A DNA stretch of 6,652 nt from a virus, in the IMG/VR virus record IMGVR_UViG_3300005043_000004, positions 1-6,652 of that record, one strand, 5' to 3'. A program made the position numbers and the translations under genes. Below the pieces are notes generated by a model. It saw only the letters and a program-made list of their open reading frames with translations, searched no databases and had not been told where the DNA came from. This document shows, piece after piece, positions 1 to 4,296 of this stretch (its first letter is position 1; each line of letters starts with the position of its first letter).

Positions 1-99
1 ATATATAATGATTTTCCTAAAGCTGATGTTACTAGCTTTACAGTTGATGATATTAAGTCAAATGAAAAGTGGTTTTCGGAAGTATTGCCAAAGGGTGTT
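1..99. repeat. Terminal overlap: nt 1-99 are identical to nt 6554-6652 (circular genome read past its own start)
   Basis: Direct comparison shows both copies read atatataatgattttcctaaagctgatgtt...ccaaagggtgtt with no mismatch over 99 nt. The offset is 6553 nt. The reading frame of the zot-like gene is continuous across the junction. Confidence 0.95.
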
Positions 100-1002
100 G
101 TTCTTGTAATAGATGAAGTGTGGGATCTCTGGCCGTGTGGTCTTAAAGTTACTAATATGGTAGAGGGACATAAAGAGATATTAGCTAAACATAGACATAT
201 GGTTTTGAACGGAAATACTACCGAAATAGTTCTAGTTACACAGAATCTAAATCAAATTTGTTCGTTTGCTAGAGAGTTGATTGATACCACTTTTATGGCT
301 AAGAAAATGTCATCTATTGGTTTTAGCAAAGCTTATAGAATTGATGTTTATACGGGAGCTGTTACCGGGCAACGCCCGCCAGAACATTTACTTATGCGAC
401 AAATTCCTGGTAAATACAGGAAGAAAGTATATAAGTACTATGTGAGTCATACTCAAAGCGATGACGGCGCAGGTGATGAAACTAGATCAGATTCAAGGGC
501 TAGCGTTTTGAAAGGAAGTGCTGTTTTTTTTATTGTTGCACCTTTTATACTATTTCCTCTTTCATACTATTTTATTAAAGATTCATTATTTCCTGGTGAG
601 GAGGTTGTTGAAGTTGTTAAAGTTGATTCTGTTGATTCTCTTGATAAGATTTCTGTTAATAAATCTGTTAGAGCTGAGCATGAAGAAAAAAAACGTAAAT
701 CATCAAAAAAGGATGTTTATAAAAGTGATCCGAATCCGTTGTTGAAAGGTTCACTTTATATAACGTCTAATATGACATTCGGAATGACGCCGCATTATAT
801 AATCTCTGTAGAAGATGGTGACAGATATGCTGAATTTGATTCTAAGCAGATTAAAAGGCTCGGCGGATCAATATCATATATATCTCAGTGTCTTGTTAAA
901 ATAGAAATTAAGACGGTTCAACGTTATGCTTATTGTAAGCGTCAAACTGATGTTGACATCGTTGGTCGTGGAATGACATCATTTTCTCACTCATCTGAAT
1001 AG
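1..1002 (+). CDS. zot: Zot / gene-I (pI) family assembly ATPase, C-terminal 333 codons plus stop. The 5' end of the same gene is at 6428-6652, giving 375 aa in total on the circle.
   Basis: Frame 1 is open from nt 1 ([10 protein letters not shown]...) and identical to the end of the 6428-6652 ORF. The TTG start at 85 in the track is therefore a window-edge artefact. VLVIDEVWDLWP is a Walker-B-like hhhhDE motif. HRHMV...IVLVTQNLNQI resembles the Zot HRHHGWDICLTTPN region as I remember it. One TM segment (AVFFIVAPFILFPLSYYFI) is followed by a C-terminal domain, the usual pI/Zot topology. Stop is TAG at 1000-1002. Confidence 0.9.
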   Translation: MYNDFPKADVTSFTVDDIKSNEKWFSEVLPKGVVLVIDEVWDLWPCGLKVTNMVEGHKEILAKHRHMVLNGNTTEIVLVTQNLNQICSFARELIDTTFMAKKMSSIGFSKAYRIDVYTGAVTGQRPPEHLLMRQIPGKYRKKVYKYYVSHTQSDDGAGDETRSDSRASVLKGSAVFFIVAPFILFPLSYYFIKDSLFPGEEVVEVVKVDSVDSLDKISVNKSVRAEHEEKKRKSSKKDVYKSDPNPLLKGSLYITSNMTFGMTPHYIISVEDGDRYAEFDSKQIKRLGGSISYISQCLVKIEIKTVQRYAYCKRQTDVDIVGRGMTSFSHSSE

Positions 1003-1003
1003 C

Positions 1004-1140
1004 GATACCCGGTAACGAAAACTCACCGGGACTAATCCGTTACCGGGTATCATAATATAAAATACGAATATCTGTATAGCCACTTGCGTTACCGGGTAAC
1101 TCAAAGTATTATTACTTTATTATATACCGGGTAACGCAAG
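1004..1140. promoter_or_regulatory. Array of four related 13-bp palindromes (consensus GTTACC-S-GGTAAC) organised as two inverted-repeat pairs between zot and the MatP-like gene
   Basis: Site A is 1004-1016 GATACCCGGTAAC. Site B is 1039-1051 GTTACCGGGTATC, the exact reverse complement of A. Site C is 1088-1100 GTTACCGGGTAAC, a perfect palindrome. Site D is 1123-1135 TATACCGGGTAAC. Arms 1004-1017 and 1038-1051 are a perfect 14-bp inverted repeat. Arms 1083-1098 and 1125-1140 are a 16-bp inverted repeat with only the central base mismatched. Centre-to-centre spacing is 35 bp in both pairs and 49 bp between pairs. Confidence 0.85.
1084..1112 (+). promoter_or_regulatory. Candidate sigma70 promoter of the MatP-like gene (TTGCGT, 17-nt spacer, TATTAT), with the perfect palindrome C inside the -35/spacer
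   Basis: The -35 is TTGCGT at 1084-1089, the spacer covers 1090-1106 (17 nt), and the -10 is TATTAT at 1107-1112. Palindrome C (1088-1100) overlaps it. SD AGGAG at 1139-1143 sits 10 nt before ATG 1154 and overlaps the outer end of palindrome-D arm 1125-1140. This is a hexamer match by eye only. Confidence 0.4.
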
Positions 1141-1153
1141 GAGCTATATTATT

Positions 1154-1588
1154 ATGCCGAAGAAAAAATATACAATTGTTAAGTCTGATTTGCTCTTTGC
1201 GAGGCGCTGGATAGATAATAAATTTAATGCGAAAGATTATAAATCATTTAGTGTTTATATGAGAAATCGACAATGCGTAGATTTTGCTTTACAAGAATAT
1301 CAAGAAGTTGATTTCAGAGCGACTACAAAGCTGAACGAATGGTGCGAAAAGTTTCTCACATCAAAAGATTGGTCAAAGTTAAAAACATCAATTAGGGCAG
1401 GTAGAAACCGTAAGGATAAAGGTAATAGAAAGTCTATAGATATAGACTTTGAAGCGTGGTGTAAGCTTTCTGCTATTTCTGATTCCGAAAGTTTGACTAT
1501 TTCTGAAATTATTAATAAGTATTTAAATAAACAGTATTTAGTAGCGCTTGAATCAGATGCTAAACTCCAAACTACTATATTTGATTAA
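1154..1588 (+). CDS. MatP-like DNA-binding protein (helical N-domain plus ribbon-helix-helix), an accessory gene of the phage
   Basis: 144-aa ORF with a good SD. Residues about 58-124 (KLNEWCEKFLTSKDWSKLKTSIRAGRNRKDKGNRKSIDIDFEAWCKLSAISDSESLTISEIINKYL) align by eye with remembered E. coli MatP ([70 protein letters not shown]). Shared motifs are K..IRA.R.R, RKSID.-F..W..L and T.SE.I. Length is similar (144 vs 150 aa). The coding call is firm. The family assignment needs an HMM or structure check. Confidence 0.6.
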   Translation: MPKKKYTIVKSDLLFARRWIDNKFNAKDYKSFSVYMRNRQCVDFALQEYQEVDFRATTKLNEWCEKFLTSKDWSKLKTSIRAGRNRKDKGNRKSIDIDFEAWCKLSAISDSESLTISEIINKYLNKQYLVALESDAKLQTTIFD

Positions 1589-2027
1589 AGCTTCAATTAA
1601 CGGAATACCGTTACAGTATAGTTACTATTTGCATAGCGAATACACCACACAATATCCAACCCTTTTTAAAAAACCGGCGGTGACGGTAGTAGAAATTAGG
1701 GTGCGGTTTGCTCTATAGTGAGCATTCGCATACTGCTGGAACGCAAAACAACCTTGAAATATTGCTCAGGTGTGGTTAAATTAAATCGCGGCGTTATTTG
1801 TTCAACCGGTCATTGTTGGTGACGTCGTTAACACAAGATTGAATTATAAACTGTTGGCGTATTGCAGAAACTATTTATGATTCGACGGTGGGAATATAAA
1901 GCCTCAAGAACTGCTGAAACAGCTCTTAAGACTTCCGATCAATGACCGCAACGCTTATGAAGGAAGCGCAGATATATGTATATTAGTATATATTATTCTC
2001 TGAGCTGGGCAAATACCCCGGTTCGTC
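1589..2027. other. Large non-coding intergenic region, the expected location of the plus-strand origin/nick site and minus-strand origin, plus the rep promoter
   Basis: 439 nt contain only trivial ORFs (22 aa or shorter). By eye the region looks somewhat more GC-rich than the coding parts. Elements seen: hairpin TAACGG-aata-CCGTTA (1598-1613), palindrome ATAGTTACTAT (1618-1628), a T5A6 tract (1663-1673), possible stem AAACCG 1671-1676 / CGGTTT 1704-1709, and an A/T block 1971-1997 (24 of 27 nt) just upstream of rep with several TATATT/TATTAT -10-like hexamers. The function is assigned by position only. Confidence 0.45.
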
Positions 2028-3335
2028 ATGCTTAAATCAATAAATTCTAACGATACTACTATCAATGTTGATGATGTTTTGTTCGAACAGCATGATTTTA
2101 AAACTGTTTTGTTTGATGGGCCTTTTTCATGGTTACCGCCGACACACCCTGCTTTATCAATATTTGATCCTCATAAATTTACTCATCATCGTACGAACAT
2201 CGACCGGCCAACGGTAGTAATACGTGGGCTAACTCCCAATAATGATCAAACCGTGAACAGCTTGGGAGGAATACTTGTTCGTTCTTCTTCTGGTTTTACT
2301 TTTCTTGATACCCCTTTACCGATGGAGTCGGCGCATGATGATTGTGCGATCATCGATACTTGTTCATTTGTTTTAAGAATTGACGATTACGTTAAGATAA
2401 TGCCTGAGTTGTTCGGTGATGAAGAAGTTCTTTCTTCTATTAGTAATGATTTATCGGGAATGGTTGGTGTAAAAATTGGCGATCAAATGGGTGCAAAAAA
2501 CTTCTATCATAATACTAGAAAGTTAATGTATACGAAAAACGAAAATGGCGAACAGCTAAATACAATGTTGGGCTTTATCGCGTGGGGCGGTAATAACTCT
2601 ACAATACAACTTTACTTTAATGCTGACGGTTGTGAATACATTCATTCACAAAAATCTGGCTGGAAAAAAATCAAGGCTTGGGGTGAATTTGTTCATGCTT
2701 CGCTTAGACGTGTTGATTTAGCTTATGATGATATTGACGGCTCAACGTATAGAGTACGACAAGTTAATCAAGATCGTTTGAATGGTTTATATAACAATGC
2801 TAATGGCGGTCGTATGCCGGGTTTTTCACAAGTCGGCGATTGGTTAAATGATGATGCTAATAACAACGGTCTTACTGCTTATGTCGGTTCTCGCTCTAGT
2901 GCTCGTTACTACCGAATTTACGAAAAAGGCAAACAACTCGGCGAGGAAAACTCTGCGTGGGTCCGGGTTGAATTAGAGTTAAAGGCTTCTAATTTTTATA
3001 TACCTTGGGATACATTGATAGAACCGGGTAAGTATCTTGCAGGCTCCTGTAAAGCTTTAGAATTCATTTCAGATAAGCGTATATCATTAATAAACATTCA
3101 AAAGAAAAAAGCACAGATCAGCTTAGACTCGATGATAATGCATTGCAAAAGACAATATGGAAAACTTATAAATGCATTAACAGAAATAGGTAGAAGTGCT
3201 GAAGATATAGTTAACGATATTAAACGAGATGGTATACCAAGAACTTTAGAATTTCCGATAAACGGAAAAATGCCAGATGAGAAAATATCTAGGTATGAGT
3301 TCGAAAATCCGGATTGGTTATCCTATGCATCTTGA
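2028..3335 (+). CDS. Rolling-circle replication initiation protein, Rep_trans / phage-CRI family (RstA- or pII-equivalent)
   Basis: 435-aa ORF. Motifs typical of this family as I know it are RRVDLAYDD, ARYYRIYEKGKQLG (R-I-Y-D/E-K with the catalytic-Tyr context) and WVRVELELKA. It sits next to the large intergenic region as in other inoviruses. ATG 2028 is the first in-frame ATG after stop 2001-2003. No obvious SD is present. Confidence 0.85.
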   Translation: MLKSINSNDTTINVDDVLFEQHDFKTVLFDGPFSWLPPTHPALSIFDPHKFTHHRTNIDRPTVVIRGLTPNNDQTVNSLGGILVRSSSGFTFLDTPLPMESAHDDCAIIDTCSFVLRIDDYVKIMPELFGDEEVLSSISNDLSGMVGVKIGDQMGAKNFYHNTRKLMYTKNENGEQLNTMLGFIAWGGNNSTIQLYFNADGCEYIHSQKSGWKKIKAWGEFVHASLRRVDLAYDDIDGSTYRVRQVNQDRLNGLYNNANGGRMPGFSQVGDWLNDDANNNGLTAYVGSRSSARYYRIYEKGKQLGEENSAWVRVELELKASNFYIPWDTLIEPGKYLAGSCKALEFISDKRISLINIQKKKAQISLDSMIMHCKRQYGKLINALTEIGRSAEDIVNDIKRDGIPRTLEFPINGKMPDEKISRYEFENPDWLSYAS

Positions 3336-3397
3336 TTGAGTACTAATAGCATTTGCAAGCGAGCGTAGCGACCTGCATTGCTATTAGTACTCAATCA
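3333..3397. repeat. Long inverted repeat/hairpin with a 19-bp perfect stem plus a 4-bp extension. Candidate bidirectional terminator, packaging signal or ssDNA origin structure.
   Basis: 3333-3351 TGATTGAGTACTAATAGCA is the exact reverse complement of 3379-3397. After a small internal loop, TGCA 3354-3357 pairs with TGCA 3374-3377. The loop is 3358-3373 agcgagcgtagcgacc. The stem begins on the rep stop codon (TGA 3333-3335) and lies between the convergent rep and the 51-aa minus-strand ORF. A T8 run (3413-3420) lies 16 nt downstream. Confidence 0.8.
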
Positions 3398-3407
3398 TTA
3401 AATTAGT

Positions 3408-3563
3408 TTAGCTTTTTTTTATATCCTCTTTGAATTCTCTAGTTTTAATTATATGTATAATTTCACTAGCGTTGATTCCAAGGGATTTACCTAATATTTC
3501 AAGTTTTTCTATTTCTAATTCCAATGTTGTTTTACAACTATCCTTTTTAATAGCATCTATCAT
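3408..3563 (-). CDS. Small ribbon-helix-helix (CopG/Arc-like) protein, 51 aa, not in the supplied ORF track
   Basis: Hand translation of the minus strand gives MIDAIKKDSCKTTLELEIEKLEILGKSLGINASEIIHIIKTREFKEDIKKS*. On the mRNA GGAG lies 9 nt upstream of the ATG (..ACGGAGUAUGGCUAAAUG), and an in-frame stop lies immediately upstream. The pattern of strand (TTLELE), helix (KLEILGKSLG), G-x-x-S and helix (SEIIHIIK) matches RHH proteins such as CopG. Confidence 0.55.
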   Translation of the reverse strand: MIDAIKKDSCKTTLELEIEKLEILGKSLGINASEIIHIIKTREFKEDIKKS

Positions 3564-3616
3564 TTAGCCATACTCCGTTAATACATGTATTCTAAGATAA
3601 CATCTATTTGATAGTT

Positions 3617-3644
3617 ACTATAATGAAAATGTATTGGCTTGCAA
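3617..3644 (-). promoter_or_regulatory. Candidate minus-strand promoter for the 51-aa ORF (TTGCAA, 16-nt spacer, TATAGT), overlapped by palindrome ATAGTTACTAT (3611-3621)
   Basis: Read on the minus strand, the -35 is TTGCAA (3644-3639), the spacer is 16 nt, and the -10 is TATAGT (3622-3617). This is a hexamer match only. The 11-bp palindrome also found at 1618-1628 overlaps the -10. Confidence 0.3.
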
Positions 3645-3674
3645 CCCTTTAGTATATGGATTGAGGCGCGTTAT

Positions 3675-3884
3675 TTAGTCGACATCTAAACCATATTTCT
3701 TTACCAACCGTTCGACCTCCTTTTCTAAGTATTCATTTATAACAAGTGATACAGGTACTATTTTCGCTTGTTCATTCGTTCTCTTTATCGCGATTTTTTC
3801 CCACTTGTCATAGGTAGACTGTTTTATGCGGATAGTTGCCATTTTTGCGTTTTCCGTTCCTTTGATATTAAAAACTTTATTCAT
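3675..3884 (-). CDS. Small ribbon-helix-helix type transcriptional regulator (repressor candidate), transcribed divergently from the structural operon
   Basis: 69-aa ORF from the track. MATIRIKQSTYDKWEKIAIKR....VSLVINEYLEKEVERL fits a strand-helix-helix pattern. The start could instead be the second Met (55 aa), and neither start has a strong SD. Position and orientation mirror repressor genes of other inoviruses (rstR-like placement). Confidence 0.6.
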   Translation of the reverse strand: MNKVFNIKGTENAKMATIRIKQSTYDKWEKIAIKRTNEQAKIVPVSLVINEYLEKEVERLVKKYGLDVD

Positions 3885-3923
3885 TATTGCATTTAACCTT
3901 TAACTATGATAGGTGTGACTCAT

Positions 3924-3955
3924 AACGTTGTTACGTGTAACAATGTTGCTATAAT
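3924..3955 (+). promoter_or_regulatory. Structural-operon promoter candidate (TTGTTA, 16-nt spacer, TATAAT) embedded in a 24-bp near-perfect palindromic operator
   Basis: The palindrome is 3924-3947, AACGTTGTTAC-GT-GTAACAATGTT, with 10 of 11 arm positions complementary and a perfect core TTGTTAC-GT-GTAACAA. The -35 is TTGTTA at 3928-3933, the spacer covers 3934-3949, and the -10 is a consensus TATAAT at 3950-3955. SD GAGGA 3994-3998 and ATG 4006 lie downstream. Confidence 0.55.
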
Positions 3956-3958
3956 TGG

Positions 3959-3986
3959 ATTATGATGTAAACTCTCCATAGTTCAA
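3959..3986 (-). promoter_or_regulatory. Candidate divergent promoter for the 69-aa regulator (TTGAAC, 16-nt spacer, CATAAT on the minus strand)
   Basis: Plus-strand gttcaa 3981-3986 reads TTGAAC on the minus strand, and plus-strand attatg 3959-3964 reads CATAAT. The spacer is 16 nt. Its transcript would run through the 3924-3947 palindrome. Hexamer match only. Confidence 0.25.
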
Positions 3987-4005
3987 TAACAAAGAGGATT
4001 TAATT

Positions 4006-4296
4006 ATGAGAATTTCAATGTTTGGTACTTTGCTCGGTGCTAAAAGAGTTGATTATGAAACCTGGCAGCATGTGAATTTATACGTTGCTGTTTCAGTAAA
4101 AAATGGTGACGGCAAGCAATCTCAAAAATATCAATTTAAAGAAGGTTTTCACGATTATGAAAAGTGTAAGACTTTAATTGGTCAGACAATAGAAATTGAG
4201 GGTGATATGGAAACTAATGATAAAGGTGAACAGACCGTTAGTGTTGTTTCTATAAAAGCTCTCACTGGAAGCGTGAAAAAATTGGCTAACGCATAA
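4006..4296 (+). CDS. Probable ssDNA-binding protein (gene V equivalent)
   Basis: 96-aa ORF with a strong SD (GAGGA, 7-nt spacing). It is the first gene of the structural operon, immediately before the coat genes, with the size typical of inovirus pV/ssb. The assignment rests on position and size, and I recognise no motif. Confidence 0.55.
   Translation: MRISMFGTLLGAKRVDYETWQHVNLYVAVSVKNGDGKQSQKYQFKEGFHDYEKCKTLIGQTIEIEGDMETNDKGEQTVSVVSIKALTGSVKKLANA

Noticed and set aside
600-670. Quasi-repetitive GTTGAAGTTGTT/GTTGATTCT DNA (EEVVEVVKVDSVDSLDKISVNKSV) in zot
   Set aside because: It is a short, imperfect low-complexity linker after the TM segment with no exact repeat unit, which is ordinary for this part of pI/Zot proteins.
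518-745. 75-aa ORF (MLFFLLLHLLYYF...) in an alternative frame
   Set aside because: It lies entirely inside the well-supported zot-like gene. It is a Leu/Ile/Phe-rich low-complexity translation typical of an off-frame read of AT-rich DNA, and it has no RBS.
787-814. dif-like 28-mer ACGCCGCATTA-TATAAT-CTCTGTAGAAG inside zot
   Set aside because: It matches the remembered V. cholerae dif1 arms at only 8/11 (XerC arm) and 6/11 (XerD arm), and it lies in coding sequence. That is too weak to call an attP.
85-1002. Track ORF starting at TTG 85 as a stand-alone 305-aa gene
   Set aside because: Frame 1 is open back to nt 1. Through the 99-nt overlap it is continuous with the ORF that starts at ATG 6428 and carries the Walker A motif. 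The 85 start is a window-edge artefact.
394-1002. Internal in-frame ATG (394) as a pXI-like restart inside gene I
   Set aside because: Ff phages do make pXI this way, and the Met lies upstream of the TM segment. However, there is no SD and no other sequence support, so it is pure analogy.
1598-1613. Hairpin TAACGG-aata-CCGTTA as the terminator of the MatP-like gene
   Set aside because: The stem is only 6 bp and no U-tract follows. I noted it within the intergenic region but do not call it a terminator.
1771-1787. TGTGGTTAAAT / TTAAATTAAAT as a XerD-arm-like sequence
   Set aside because: It matches the XerD arm at 8/11, but the position where the XerC arm should be (11 nt, 6 nt upstream) shows no similarity.
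1819-1831. GTGACGTCGTTAA, an 11/13 match to the host matS consensus GTGACRNYGTCAC
   Set aside because: My rough estimate is about 0.7 such matches (two or fewer mismatches) by chance in 6.5 kb, so it is not significant on its own. It is worth including as a control probe in binding assays only.
1877-1945. 22-aa ORF (MIRRWEYKASRTAETALKTSDQ) and a 14-aa ORF (1942-1986) in the large intergenic region
   Set aside because: They have no RBS, are tiny and lie in a region expected to be structural DNA.
2014-2023. TACCCCGGTT just upstream of the rep ATG, resembling the TACC-S-GGTA core
   Set aside because: It has an extra base in the centre and a mismatched right half. It does not form the 13-bp dyad, so it is probably coincidental.
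3376-3403. Right arm of the long hairpin read as a dif-like site (CATTGCTATTA-GTACTC-AATCATTAAAT)
   Set aside because: Only the inner ATTA of the XerC arm and the outer TTAAAT of the XerD arm match (11/22 arm positions) in AT-rich sequence. The correct spacing is intriguing but insufficient without a matrix scan or junction data.
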